NCBI GenBank assembly: GCA_039586795.1 | Contig: JBDHJS010000008.1 | Span: 1-64,000 of the forward strand | Direction of reading: 5' to 3' | DNA from: Gemmatimonadota bacterium | Lineage (GTDB): Bacteria; Gemmatimonadota; Gemmatimonadetes; Palauibacterales; KS3-K002 | Length of the DNA stretch: 64,000 nucleotides | Part shown: piece after piece, positions 11,394-22,542 of the stretch | How positions within the stretch are numbered: position 1 is the first letter of the stretch | Layout: each line of letters begins with the position of its first letter | Made by a program: the position numbers and the translations under genes | The notes under the pieces: generated by a model | The model's database searches: none | What the model was told of the DNA's origin: nothing | What the model saw: only the letters and a program-made list of their open reading frames with translations

Positions 11394-12079
11394 TATGCGC
11401 TGCTGCCCCCGCTTCTGTACCACAGCTCTTTCAGGTACCGGAGAGCTGCCGAGTCCTGCGGCGCGTCACGCCCCACTAGTCGGAGATCCTCGGGCCGATC
11501 GACGTCGTACCATCCAGGCGCGAGGGCCACGGACAGTTCGGCGCGGCGACAACGCTCGAGCGTACGTGTCAGGACATCGGAGCTGGACCAAGGGATGTTG
11601 AAGAAGGCGGCGCGGGCATCGGGCCAACTGGAGCTGCGGACAGCGACAGAGTAGTAGCCACCATCCTCGCTAGGCCCGAAGACGACGTTCGCGTGTCCCA
11701 GGTGTACGAACGAGGCGAGCAGAAACTCGGGCGGCAGTGTGGGGTGATCGCTGCCAACGATCGCCACGTTATCGAACCCTCGCTCGAACGCGTCGCCGAA
11801 TGCCTGGCTCATCCGCTCACCAAGATCCCCTTCGCCCTGCTGTCTTACCTCGTGATCGGGGTAAAGGGCACGGATTTCGCCGGCGTCATCCTCATCTCCG
11901 GCCACATGCAACTCAACCTGGTCGCGGACCGCTTTGGCGATGGAGATCACGTCGGCGAGAGCGGCGAGGTGGAACTGCGCCGCCTGGTCCGGACTCAATG
12001 CTGGCACAAGTCGCGTCTTCACATCGCCGGGTGTTGCCGGTTTTGTGAATACGATGATGAGATCGCGTTGGTCAGCCAT
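11393..12079 (-). CDS. DUF2064/TIGR04282 family CofC-like transferase
   Basis: FTKPATPGDVKTRL, QGEGDLGERM, GSDHP, GPSEDGGYY, IPWSS, YDVDRPEDL. Confidence 0.85.
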   Translation of the reverse strand: MADQRDLIIVFTKPATPGDVKTRLVPALSPDQAAQFHLAALADVISIAKAVRDQVELHVAGDEDDAGEIRALYPDHEVRQQGEGDLGERMSQAFGDAFERGFDNVAIVGSDHPTLPPEFLLASFVHLGHANVVFGPSEDGGYYSVAVRSSSWPDARAAFFNIPWSSSDVLTRTLERCRRAELSVALAPGWYDVDRPEDLRLVGRDAPQDSAALRYLKELWYRSGGSSA

Positions 12080-12927
12080 CAGCCACGCAAGAGATCCAGC
12101 AGATTGGTGACTACGATTCTCCCACCCAGGACGAAGAAGACGATGGCGAACAGGTAGCGCAGCTTCGCGGCGGGCATCCGCAGCTGGGCCTCCGTGCCAA
12201 GCGGCACGGCGATGAACGCACCGATGGCCAGGGCAAACGCTGCCCACACATGGAAGTAGGTGAGGGCGCCGCTAGCCATCGGGTACGCCAGGTGACCGCT
12301 AATCAGGTAGGTCGCGACGCCGGTGGCGGCGGTGAACGTGATGATGGCGAGGGAGGTGGCCGACACTTTCTCCATAGGAAGGTGGAGCCAGTAGATGAGC
12401 ACGGGAATCGCGACCAATCCTCCGCCGACACCAAGCAGCGCCGAAAAGAAGCCAACCATCGCGCCACCAATCAGGGCGCGGATCGTCCGGGCCTTCGGAT
12501 CGATGTGTGACTTATCGGCCGCGTCCTTCTTGCCCAGCACCAAACGGGTACCGATGACGATCAAGAAGACGCCGAAGCTTACCTTGAGGGCTCCCGCCGG
12601 CGCCCAGACAGCGACGCGAGCGCCAACGATAGCGAAGAGGATACTGGACAGCCCCATGCGCCACACGCTGTCCCAGTCCACCCGACCGGCCCGGTGATAG
12701 AGCCAGGTGCCCCGGAGGCTGATGGGGATGATGACCGCGAGGCTGGTCGCGTGGGCGACGACGGCCTGGTCAGCGGCGGGGTAGATGATGCCTGATATCT
12801 CCGGTCGGGCCAAAAAGAAATAGAGGAAGGGGACCATGATCGCCCCTCCCCCTATTCCTACGAGTCCCGATACTGCGCCGGCCAGCAATCCGATTCCGAG
12901 GGCAGCCAGCCAACCGGCCAGGGTCAT
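12079..12927 (-). CDS. TauE/SafE family sulfite/sulfur-compound exporter
   Basis: Two GLVGIGGG/LLGVGGG...VP repeats, each followed by ATSL. Confidence 0.88.
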   Translation of the reverse strand: MTLAGWLAALGIGLLAGAVSGLVGIGGGAIMVPFLYFFLARPEISGIIYPAADQAVVAHATSLAVIIPISLRGTWLYHRAGRVDWDSVWRMGLSSILFAIVGARVAVWAPAGALKVSFGVFLIVIGTRLVLGKKDAADKSHIDPKARTIRALIGGAMVGFFSALLGVGGGLVAIPVLIYWLHLPMEKVSATSLAIITFTAATGVATYLISGHLAYPMASGALTYFHVWAAFALAIGAFIAVPLGTEAQLRMPAAKLRYLFAIVFFVLGGRIVVTNLLDLLRG

Positions 12928-12942
12928 CCGGACTCCTGTGTG

Positions 12943-14562
12943 TTATTGCTCGTGAAAGCCGTTCTCTTCCTGCCGCGTCTCCGCCAAAGCGAAAAGCTGC
13001 TGTGTAGTACGGCCTTCGCGCAATAGCTCGGCGGCAGTCTCGATCGGAGTGTCAAAGAGCATGCGCCGCCGCATGGCGACCTCTTCGTCGTCAAAACCGA
13101 CCGTCGCCAGATCGATGGCCAACTCCCGAGCCACGACGCGCTCGGCTCCGTCGTACAGCTCCCGATCGACCTCGATGCCGTCAGCGGCGAGGAAGGCGTA
13201 GAGCTGATCGAGCATGCGTGGCGTGATCTCGAAGTCCTGGCGCAAACCGGGGTTTTCGTTGGCGTGGACAGCCGCGAAACGGAATACACCGTCGGCGTAG
13301 TCACCCAGTTGCTCACCCAGCGCGACACGGAACTCCCTCTCGGCCTCGGTGAGGGGCTCGCCCGCCACGTCGAGGTCGGGGTTGATTCCGCCGCCGCCGA
13401 AGACCTCGCGACCGGCATCGGTGTAGTAGACCTCACCCAGCGAGGCCGACATGCCTTGCGTCGCGCCCTGGGCACCTTCGTCCATGACCATCATCTGCTG
13501 GTAGCCGCGCTCTCTCTGAATGGAACGACCGCTCGGCGTGTACCAGCGGGCGGTGGTCATCTTCAGGTAGTTGCCGCCGTGCAGCGGATAGAGTGTCTGC
13601 ACGGAGCCCTTGCCGAAGGTCTCTTCGCCGACGACGAGGGCACGATCGTGGTCTTGCAGGGCGCCGGCGACGATCTCTGAAGCGCTCGCGGACCAGCGAT
13701 TGACCAAAACGATCACGGGCAGATTCGGATCGATAGGCCGATTCTCGGCTATGAAGACATCGTTCTGATCCGGAATGCGAGAGCGCGTCTCGACAACCTC
13801 AACGCCGGGATTGAGGAAGATATCGGAAACCGCGACGCCCTCCTCAAGCAATCCACCGGGGTTTGTCCGCAGGTCGAGAATCAGGCCTCTCATGCCCTGG
13901 TCTTCGAGGTCGGCGATCTCGCGGCGAATATCGCTAGCCGACTTGGCGCTGAACTGGGTCAGCGATATGTAGCCGACACCGGGCTCGAGCATGAAGGCGG
14001 TGACGTATTCGACATGGATGATCGCGCGTACGATGCGAACCGGGATTGGTTCCGGCACACCGACGCGAGCGACCTTGATGTTGACCGGCGCTCCCTCTGG
14101 ACCGCGCAACACGGTAACGGCTTTGTCGGAGCTCCACCCTTCCATCGACTCGCCTTCAACTTCGATCAGCCGGTCACCGGGCCTCAAACCCGCACGATCC
14201 GCCGGAGTGTTAGGCAAAGTCTGGACGACGGTGACCCAACCATCCTTCTCATCGATCCGGATGCCGAGTCCACCGTAGTTCCCTGTCGTTGTGAGCCGCA
14301 GATCAGAATAGTCTTCGGGTCGGAGGATCGTCGTGTGCGGATCACCCAGCTGTTCGATCATGCCTTCGACAGCCATGTCGTACAACTCAGCCGGGTCGAC
14401 CTCTTCGACGTAGCGATCGTTGATGACGCGCATCACGTCCTGGAAGACGCGCTGCTTGAGATAGACGTTACCCTCTGCGCCTTGTTGTACCAACCAACCG
14501 CCGCTTGCCACGGCGATGAGGCCGATGGCAGCAGGCAACAATAAAGACTTCTTCAACCGCAT
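12943..14562 (-). CDS. ctpA: Carboxy-terminal processing protease (S41A, PDZ)
   Basis: DPHT, GGLGI PDZ, LDLRTNPGG, SASASEI, TFGKGSVQ; RBS before ATG 14562. Confidence 0.92.
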   Translation of the reverse strand: MRLKKSLLLPAAIGLIAVASGGWLVQQGAEGNVYLKQRVFQDVMRVINDRYVEEVDPAELYDMAVEGMIEQLGDPHTTILRPEDYSDLRLTTTGNYGGLGIRIDEKDGWVTVVQTLPNTPADRAGLRPGDRLIEVEGESMEGWSSDKAVTVLRGPEGAPVNIKVARVGVPEPIPVRIVRAIIHVEYVTAFMLEPGVGYISLTQFSAKSASDIRREIADLEDQGMRGLILDLRTNPGGLLEEGVAVSDIFLNPGVEVVETRSRIPDQNDVFIAENRPIDPNLPVIVLVNRWSASASEIVAGALQDHDRALVVGEETFGKGSVQTLYPLHGGNYLKMTTARWYTPSGRSIQRERGYQQMMVMDEGAQGATQGMSASLGEVYYTDAGREVFGGGGINPDLDVAGEPLTEAEREFRVALGEQLGDYADGVFRFAAVHANENPGLRQDFEITPRMLDQLYAFLAADGIEVDRELYDGAERVVARELAIDLATVGFDDEEVAMRRRMLFDTPIETAAELLREGRTTQQLFALAETRQEENGFHEQ

Positions 14563-14614
14563 GTCTCCTCCGAGCTTTGTCGCGAGATGGTGGACCACCC
14601 AAGCCCTCTTAACA

Positions 14615-15271
14615 CTAACCCTGACGCGGCGGGAAAGTTTCAGGAAACCGGGAGGACAACGTCTTCCAGACCGCAGCGTAGACCTCCTGAATCTCTCCAC
14701 GACCGTCGACTAGCGCAACGTTTGCCTCTTCGGCGGCCAGGCGACGGTAGGCATCGGCCACCCGCCGGTGGAAGTCGAGGTCTTCGCCTTCTATTCGGTC
14801 GCTAGCCTGCCGGCGACCGCGGGCCTGCCCGTCTTCGACGTCCACATCTAATAAGACGCACAAGTCCGGCGAAACGCCGCCCGTAGCTAAATCGTTTATA
14901 TTCTTAAGCTTATCGAGCGAGATGCCACGCCCTCCACCCTGGTAGGCAAATGTGGAGAGCTCGTATCGGTCGGCCAGGACTACGCGGCCTGCCTCAAGCG
15001 CCGGGCGCACCACCTGGCTGACGAAGGCCGAGCGCGCCGCCACCATGAGCATGGCCTCGGCGACGCCGTCTAGATCGACGTCGCGGTCAAGGACGACGGC
15101 GCGGATCGCTTCGCCGGCGGCGGTGCCGCCGGGTTCCCGGGTCACGACCGGCGGGATGCCCAGCTCGCGCAACGCGCCAGCGACGAGCTGGATCTGGGTG
15201 CTCTTGCCGGAGCCCTCAATACCCTCGAAGACGATGAAGAGGGCTCGGCTCGAGCTGTCCTGCTGCTTCAA
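14615..15271 (-). CDS. tmk: Thymidylate kinase
   Basis: FEGIEGSGKST, TREPGGT, DRYELSTFAYQGGGRG. Confidence 0.96.
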   Translation of the reverse strand: MKQQDSSSRALFIVFEGIEGSGKSTQIQLVAGALRELGIPPVVTREPGGTAAGEAIRAVVLDRDVDLDGVAEAMLMVAARSAFVSQVVRPALEAGRVVLADRYELSTFAYQGGGRGISLDKLKNINDLATGGVSPDLCVLLDVDVEDGQARGRRQASDRIEGEDLDFHRRVADAYRRLAAEEANVALVDGRGEIQEVYAAVWKTLSSRFPETFPPRQG

Positions 15272-15275
15272 AGAC

Positions 15276-16607
<1,332 letters not shown>

Positions 16608-16641
16608 ATCGCTAAAATCCTGTCCTGTTCCTTTGCGGTTC

Positions 16642-17289
16642 CTAGTCCTTCGTGGAGTTGTCGGTCTCGAATCCATTACCCGTTGGTCGGGTATGTTTAT
16701 ATACCCAGATGATACGATGTATGGCTGTCAGATTTGTTAAAACGGCCAGCGCGTAGATGACAATGCGTAGCGCCAGACCGTTCTGGTCCTCCCCAAAGAA
16801 CAGGCTCGCCAGTCCGATTAGCACGACCCGTTCGCCGCGCTGCATGAGCCCAACCTTGCAATCGATGCCCAGCCCTTCAGCACGAGCCCGTGTGTAGCTG
16901 ATCATCAGCGACCCGGCCATGGCCAGCATGATAGCGTAGATCATGCCGACATCGCCGAGCTCGAGGCGGTAGTCGTTATAGAGCGACAGGATGCCGAGGT
17001 AGACAGCGACCTCGGACATGCGATCGAGCGTCGAGTCGTAGAAAGCGCCGAACTTCGAGGCAAGACCGGTCGCGCGAGCCACGCGTCCGTCGAAGAGATC
17101 GAACGAGCCACCGAGCAGGATCAGCAGTCCGGCGATTCTCACGTGGTGGGAGTGGAATGCGAACGCGGACGTGATCGTGATGAGAAAACCGATTGTGCTC
17201 AATACGTTGGGATGCACGCGATTGCGCACCAACGTGTCGATGATCGGCCGCAGAACGGCGACCAGTCCTCGTTCGATTGTGTTTCTCAT
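16642..17289 (-). CDS. CDP-alcohol phosphatidyltransferase, probable phosphatidylinositol-phosphate synthase
   Basis: DLFDGRVAR...GAFYDSTLD signature; SYTRARAEGLG; directly upstream of ino1. Confidence 0.85.
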   Translation of the reverse strand: MRNTIERGLVAVLRPIIDTLVRNRVHPNVLSTIGFLITITSAFAFHSHHVRIAGLLILLGGSFDLFDGRVARATGLASKFGAFYDSTLDRMSEVAVYLGILSLYNDYRLELGDVGMIYAIMLAMAGSLMISYTRARAEGLGIDCKVGLMQRGERVVLIGLASLFFGEDQNGLALRIVIYALAVLTNLTAIHRIIWVYKHTRPTGNGFETDNSTKD

Positions 17290-17321
17290 CGTTTCACTTG
17301 CGCGAGGCGTTCACGCTTCAC

Positions 17322-17412
17322 TGAACATTGAACATTGCGCATGGAACACCCAGCACGGAACATCAACTCTCGATCAATGTCCAATGTCCCATGCTCCATG
17401 CTCAATGTTCAA
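17322..17412. repeat. Degenerate 7-nt tandem repeat array arranged as an imperfect inverted repeat
   Basis: tgaacat-tgaacat-tgcgcat-ggaacac-ccagcac-ggaacat ... caatgtc-caatgtc-ccatgct-ccatgct-caatgtt. Confidence 0.85.
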
Positions 17413-18319
17413 CTGCGGCCAGCACGATGCGTGGCATTCCCGCCAGGTCATCGCGCAGCTCTGGATCAGCGAAAGCACCCGTAGCTCTAATGCGGGCCAG
17501 GGTAGCTTCTGCGACATCCGGCGCCACCTCGAGAGCCAGCAGTCCTCCGGCTTCCAGATACGCCGGCGCGCCTCGGACGATCTCATCGATCACCTCAACG
17601 CCGGTCGGCCCGGCAAACAGAGCCACCTCCGGCTCCCATTCACGCACCTCGGCGGGCAACGACTCGGCGTCGCCAGCCGCTATATAGGGCGGATTCGAGA
17701 CGACGAGGTGGAAGCGCTCTCCCGGATGAAGGGCAGAATACAACGAGCCGGAGCGTAAATCGACCCGGCCCTCTACCCCTGCCTCGGCCGCATTATAGCG
17801 GGCAAGATCCAGCGCTGAGGGCGAGATGTCAACGCCAACCACGGTTTCGAAGGGACCCTCCTGGGCGAGGCTAATAGCGATGGCTCCGGAGCCGGTCCCC
17901 AGATCCAGGCCGCGCAACCCTACCCTCCCCTGGCAGCGCTCCAGCACAGCATCCACCAGCTGTTCGGTCTCGGGACGGGGAATGAGCACAGAGGGATCGA
18001 CCCGCAAGACGAGCTGGCGGAACGCGGCCCGACCCTCGATATACTGTAGCGGCTCGCCCTGGGCCCGGCGCGCCAGCCGCGCCCGGTACTGGGTCTGCTG
18101 ATCCCGCGTCAGTCGCCGCCCGCGGTCGAGGGCCATGGCACCCGGGCTGAGGTCGAGCACACCGGCCAGCAGAAACAACGCCTCGTGACGTGCCTCGTCG
18201 CCGGAATGATCTGCGAGGGCGCGGACGCCGGCCTGGATGGCGGAGGCTACGGTGAGCGGCGGATGGACCGCCCCGCTCTCAGACTTGTCGGTGGGAATCT
18301 CGCTGAATGCCGAGCTCAT
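17402..18319 (-). CDS. prmC: Release factor glutamine methyltransferase
   Basis: [27 protein letters not shown]; follows prfA. Confidence 0.96.
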   Translation of the reverse strand: MSSAFSEIPTDKSESGAVHPPLTVASAIQAGVRALADHSGDEARHEALFLLAGVLDLSPGAMALDRGRRLTRDQQTQYRARLARRAQGEPLQYIEGRAAFRQLVLRVDPSVLIPRPETEQLVDAVLERCQGRVGLRGLDLGTGSGAIAISLAQEGPFETVVGVDISPSALDLARYNAAEAGVEGRVDLRSGSLYSALHPGERFHLVVSNPPYIAAGDAESLPAEVREWEPEVALFAGPTGVEVIDEIVRGAPAYLEAGGLLALEVAPDVAEATLARIRATGAFADPELRDDLAGMPRIVLAAVEH

Positions 18320-19395
18320 GCGCTCAGCCGCTCTTCGCGACGCGCCAGGCTGAGCTCACGGACCAGATCGTCCAGATCGCCGTCGAGGATCTCCTGAAGG
18401 CGGTGGAGCGTGAGAGAGATGCGATGATCGGTCACGCGGCTCTGCGGGAAGTTGTACGTGCGAATCTTGGCCGAGCGGTCTCCCGTGCTGATCTGCGAGC
18501 GCCGCTCCGCGGCACGCTCCGCCTCCTGCTCGGCGACCTTCATGTCGAGTAAGCGGCTGCGCAGGACCTTCATGGCGCGAGCTTTGTTCTTGTGCTGAGA
18601 CTTCTCATCCTGACACGTCACTACCGTGCCGCTGGGAACGTGAGTGATGCGCACCGCCGAGTCGGTCGTATTGACACTCTGGCCTCCCGGGCCGGAGGAG
18701 CGGAAGACATCGATCTTCAGTTCCTCTGGATTGATGGCGATGTCCACCTCTTCGGCTTCCGGCAACACGGCGACACTGGCGGCGGAAGTGTGAATGCGCC
18801 CCTGGCTCTCGGTCTCGGGCACCCGCTGCACGCGATGAACGCCCGATTCATAACGCAGCATGCCATAAACGTTCTTGCCACGGACGACGAAGGTGATCTC
18901 CTTGATACCACCCAACGTGCCTTCGCTGGTGGAAAGGACCTCGACCTTCCAGTGACTCTTGTCGGCGAAGCGGGTGTACATGCGGTAGAGATCCGCGGCG
19001 AAGAGACCGGCCTCATCACCTCCGGTACCGGCTCGTATCTCGATCACCGCAGCGCGGTCATCGAGGGGGTCCTTGGGCACTAACAAATCGCGGGCTTCGA
19101 CCTCGAGGGCGGCGATCCGCTCGCCTAGCTCCTCGGCCTCAGCCCGCGCTAACTCGGTGAGCTCTTTGTCGTCGGTAGCCTTGCTGAGCTCCAGGGCCTG
19201 CTCCAGCTCGTCATCGAGCTTGAGGAGCTCTGCCCCAGCCCGGCCGATCTCTTCCAGCCCGGCATGCTCCTGGGCTACCTGGCGTAGCTTTTCCGGATCG
19301 CCGATAACCGCCGGGTCAGCCAGCTGCTGTCCCAGCTCGTCGCGGCGCTCCAGGGCGGCCCGGACCTTACCCCTCAGCTGTTCGTCCTTCGACAT
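18316..19395 (-). CDS. prfA: Peptide chain release factor 1
   Basis: GTGGDEA, RVPETE (PxT), GGQSVN, RTYNFPQ. Confidence 0.97.
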   Translation of the reverse strand: MSKDEQLRGKVRAALERRDELGQQLADPAVIGDPEKLRQVAQEHAGLEEIGRAGAELLKLDDELEQALELSKATDDKELTELARAEAEELGERIAALEVEARDLLVPKDPLDDRAAVIEIRAGTGGDEAGLFAADLYRMYTRFADKSHWKVEVLSTSEGTLGGIKEITFVVRGKNVYGMLRYESGVHRVQRVPETESQGRIHTSAASVAVLPEAEEVDIAINPEELKIDVFRSSGPGGQSVNTTDSAVRITHVPSGTVVTCQDEKSQHKNKARAMKVLRSRLLDMKVAEQEAERAAERRSQISTGDRSAKIRTYNFPQSRVTDHRISLTLHRLQEILDGDLDDLVRELSLARREERLSA

Positions 19396-19431
19396 CAGTC
19401 CGCCACCACCGGGGCCGCGAAGGCCTCGCGG

Positions 19432-19722
19432 TTACTCCGCCTGCTCTTCGCCGGCCGGTGCTGACACCGGCTGCGCTTCGGCCTTCGCCTTCGCCTTGGA
19501 CTTTTTGCCCTTCTTCTGGCCAGGCGTGTCACCGTACTTCTTACGGAACCGCTCCACACGACCCGCCGTGTCCACAAGCTTCTGGCGGCCGGTGAAGAAC
19601 GGATGGCAGGCCGAGCAGATCTCAACGTGGATCGACTCGAGCGTAGACCGCGTGGTGAAGCTGTTGCCACACGCGCAGGTAACCACCGCGGTCTTGTACT
19701 CGGGGTGTATGCCCTCTTTCAT
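19432..19722 (-). CDS. rpmE: 50S ribosomal protein L31 (Zn-binding type) with Lys/Ala/Glu tail
   Basis: [29 protein letters not shown]. Confidence 0.96.
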   Translation of the reverse strand: MKEGIHPEYKTAVVTCACGNSFTTRSTLESIHVEICSACHPFFTGRQKLVDTAGRVERFRKKYGDTPGQKKGKKSKAKAKAEAQPVSAPAGEEQAE

Positions 19723-19790
19723 ACTGCTACCCTTAGTTTTCTAGGTCGTGCGAGACAAGCAAGCCCCCCTGTGTGGGGGGCAGCGAGCGA

Positions 19791-19818
19791 AATTTAGCAG
19801 GTGGTCAAGGGCGGGCAA
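19791..19818 (-). promoter_or_regulatory. Putative sigma70 promoter for rpmE-prfA-prmC
   Basis: TTGCCC-16 nt-TAAATT with a TGn extended -10. Confidence 0.5.
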
Positions 19819-19830
19819 GGCGGCGTAGAT

Positions 19831-19865
19831 AATGTTAAATATCTAACACCCAATACTCAATGGAG
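19831..19865. repeat. Degenerate 7-nt tandem array downstream of lnt
   Basis: aatgtta-aatatct-aacaccc-aatactc-aatggag. Confidence 0.65.
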
Positions 19866-19876
19866 AAGGTGGGGAC

Positions 19877-21511
19877 TCAGAGATTCCGTGCCCGCCTCCG
19901 CCCAGACCACCACATCCACAGCGCCAGGCCCAGAGCGGAAAGCGCCGAGAGCCACCCCGGCCAATCCCCAAATCGAGCATACAGCGTCAGCCCGTCGGTG
20001 GTCGTGACCGTACCGACGCGGGTGGCCGGCTCGAAAAGGCGAGTTGCCTGCGAGATCCGGCCCCGAGGATCGACGAAGAAGGAGATACCGGTGTTGGCAG
20101 CCCGGGCAATGCCCATGCGCGTCTCGATGGCGCGCATCACCAGATGAGACGGATGCTGAAAGAGGGCTGCGGTGCGGCTCCACCAGGGCCGCTCGCGACC
20201 GAACCAGGCATCGTTGGTGATGTTAACCAGGAAGTCGGCGCCGTTCCGCCGGTAAGTACGAGACAGTTGGGCGAAGACCGACTCGTAACAGATCAGCACG
20301 CCGAATCCAGCGCCATCGATCTGAAATACCGGTTCCTCCTGGCCGCGCCCGAAGCCGCCGAACCAACGGAGGAAGGTGCTGACGCGGCCGACGAGCGGAA
20401 TGCGCCACTCCTCCTCGTAGGCTTTCTGTCGCAGGCTCCGCATCCAGGCGACCGGGACATACGGAACCCGCTCGACGATGGGAACCAGGTAGTGCTTACG
20501 ATAGAGGCCGTTGGTCACGCCATCGGAGTTAACGAAGAGCGCCGCGTTGTAGTAGTCGTAACTGCGATCCGGGAAGTACTCGACATCGACGGCGCCGTAC
20601 AACAACGACACGTCGTAGGTGCGCGCCAAGTCTTCCGCCCACGCGACCCACTGCGGCGCGTTGCGGGCGAAAGTCGGTAGCGCCGTTTCGGGCCAGGCGA
20701 CGAGCTGTACGATGGGCGCCGAGTCGAGTTGCGCGCGGGTCAGGTTGTTGATCGCCGTGTAGCTGGAGTCGACGGCCGCTTGTCGCTCGAGCTTGAGGTC
20801 TTCCGGGATGTTCGGCTGCACGACGAGAACGCGGGCCGCCGGACGCGTGTCGAGCGTCGACCAGCGGACCACCGAGTAGCCGATCGGAATCAGGAGAACG
20901 ACAGCCAGAGCAACCGCGCGACGCGGCCAGCGCCGAGGCATCCCGGCCAGCCACCACTCGGCGATCAGGCTGTTGATGAGGACCAGCCAGAACGCCACGC
21001 CGCGGACGCCAGTCACGTCTGCGAAACCGACGAGGACGGGAAAGCCGCTGAGGGTGTTTCCCAGACCAAGCCAAGGGAACGCCAGGTCACCCAGATGCCC
21101 CTGAACCCACTCGGCCGCCGTCCAAAAAACGGGCGCCGAGATCCAGAACGGAACCGAATGCCGCGCCCTAAACTGGTGGATCGCCCAGCCGGCGACGGAG
21201 AGGAAAGTCGAGAGAACCCCTACGGTGATCAGGTAACCGAGCAGCGACAGCCAGGTGTAGTAGACCAGCGCGGTGAACAACCAGTAGAACACCGTTCCGA
21301 AATAGACGACGCCCATCCAGAAGCTGGCCCAACGAACGGTGATACCGCCCTCGCGGTTCTGCGGTGCGCGACCGACGAATACAAGGAAAGGGACCAGCGC
21401 CACGAACGGCGGCAACAAGAGATGGAAAGGCGGGAAGGAGAGGCTGAGCAGAACGCCACTGGCGAGTGGAAGCCCCAGTTCCTTCGTTCTGGGAGGAATC
21501 CTGAGCTTCAC
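19877..21511 (-). CDS. lnt: Apolipoprotein N-acyltransferase
   Basis: FPWLGLG, VQPNI, WPETA, KHYLVP, ICYES, NITNDAWFG, RAANTGIS. Confidence 0.95.
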   Translation of the reverse strand: MKLRIPPRTKELGLPLASGVLLSLSFPPFHLLLPPFVALVPFLVFVGRAPQNREGGITVRWASFWMGVVYFGTVFYWLFTALVYYTWLSLLGYLITVGVLSTFLSVAGWAIHQFRARHSVPFWISAPVFWTAAEWVQGHLGDLAFPWLGLGNTLSGFPVLVGFADVTGVRGVAFWLVLINSLIAEWWLAGMPRRWPRRAVALAVVLLIPIGYSVVRWSTLDTRPAARVLVVQPNIPEDLKLERQAAVDSSYTAINNLTRAQLDSAPIVQLVAWPETALPTFARNAPQWVAWAEDLARTYDVSLLYGAVDVEYFPDRSYDYYNAALFVNSDGVTNGLYRKHYLVPIVERVPYVPVAWMRSLRQKAYEEEWRIPLVGRVSTFLRWFGGFGRGQEEPVFQIDGAGFGVLICYESVFAQLSRTYRRNGADFLVNITNDAWFGRERPWWSRTAALFQHPSHLVMRAIETRMGIARAANTGISFFVDPRGRISQATRLFEPATRVGTVTTTDGLTLYARFGDWPGWLSALSALGLALWMWWSGRRRARNL

Positions 21512-22518
21512 AAGACGATCTCGCGCCTTTCCTCCGACGACTTATAGCAGGCGTCGATGATGCCGAGCAGAGTTTCCTGCTCTGTGGGCAGCGGTTCCTG
21601 GCGCTCTCCTCTGACGGCGCCGATGAAGTAGTCGAGCTCTCTGCGATACGACGCCCTGTAGACGTTCTCGGTCCCGGGGGCCAGACGAGGTGTGACGTCA
21701 ACGACTTTTCCGCCCGTCTCCTTCTGAACGACGAACGGCGACAGGGTGCCGGATCCTTCTGTCCCCAGGGCGACCAGGTTGTTGCGATCCTCGATGGCGG
21801 CGAGGTTCCAGGTGACGGCGATGCCGAACGTCATTTCGCCTTCCAGGCGCATGAGAATGACGGCCGAGTCATCCACGCCGCTCTCATCGCTGTCGGTAAG
21901 GTAAGCCGTCAGACGCTTGGGCCTTGGGTAATCGACCAGCCAAAGGGAGGCATCGAGAATTGTGACCCCAAGGTCCATGAGCACACCGCCGCCTTTCTCA
22001 CGGCTGCGGCGCCACTCGCTCACCCTGGGCCGACGGGCGCGCCGACGCTGCCAGCTGGAGTGGATGTGGAAGATCGTCCCCAGCTCGCCGGCCGAGATGA
22101 ACCGACGCAGCGCCCAGGCGTCGGGGCGAAAGCGGTGGTTGTTGGCCACCATGAGAGTGCGTTCCGCTTTATTCGCCACCTGGAGCGTATCGGCCACCTG
22201 CTGTTTGTCGGTTCCCAGCGGTCGCTCACAGAGCACGTCGACTCCGGCGGCAAGCGCTGCCTGGGAGTGCTCGGCATGCACGCTGTTCGGCGTGCACACG
22301 AGGACCGCGTCCAGTTTCTGCTCGAGGAGGTCGTCCATACTCGCACCGACGAAGGGCACATCGAACCGCTCGCCGACGAGTTTCGCCTTCGGCAGGTTAT
22401 CGTCGCATACGGCGACGACGTTGACGCCTTCCATCCCCTGGATGACGGGGAGGTGGACAAGCTGGGCTATGGCGCCACAACCGACAACTCCGACCTTTAC
22501 TTCTTTCTTGTTGGCCAT
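21508..22518 (-). CDS. Gfo/Idh/MocA family oxidoreductase
   Basis: GCGAIA, CTPNSVH, CERP, GGGVLMDLG. Confidence 0.9.
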   Translation of the reverse strand: MANKKEVKVGVVGCGAIAQLVHLPVIQGMEGVNVVAVCDDNLPKAKLVGERFDVPFVGASMDDLLEQKLDAVLVCTPNSVHAEHSQAALAAGVDVLCERPLGTDKQQVADTLQVANKAERTLMVANNHRFRPDAWALRRFISAGELGTIFHIHSSWQRRRARRPRVSEWRRSREKGGGVLMDLGVTILDASLWLVDYPRPKRLTAYLTDSDESGVDDSAVILMRLEGEMTFGIAVTWNLAAIEDRNNLVALGTEGSGTLSPFVVQKETGGKVVDVTPRLAPGTENVYRASYRRELDYFIGAVRGERQEPLPTEQETLLGIIDACYKSSEERREIVL

Positions 22519-22542
22519 TGCTACCTAAAGGGAATTGATCGT

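Noticed and set aside
11393..12079. Calling the TIGR04282 gene an arsenosugar biosynthesis cluster
   Set aside because: No ArsS radical SAM, ArsM methyltransferase or partner glycosyltransferase is in the window.
17322..17412. Possible CRISPR array in the repeat regions
   Set aside because: Units are 7-8 nt, degenerate and have no unique spacers, and there are no cas genes.
19395..19670. Alternative-frame ORF inside rpmE that ends on the prfA start (TGATG)
   Set aside because: Arg/Ser-rich off-frame composition with no RBS or slippery site seen, so it is probably coincidental.
21508..22518. Calling the Gfo/Idh/MocA gene inositol dehydrogenase because ino1 is nearby
   Set aside because: It is separated from ino1 by several genes, and substrate cannot be inferred from family membership.
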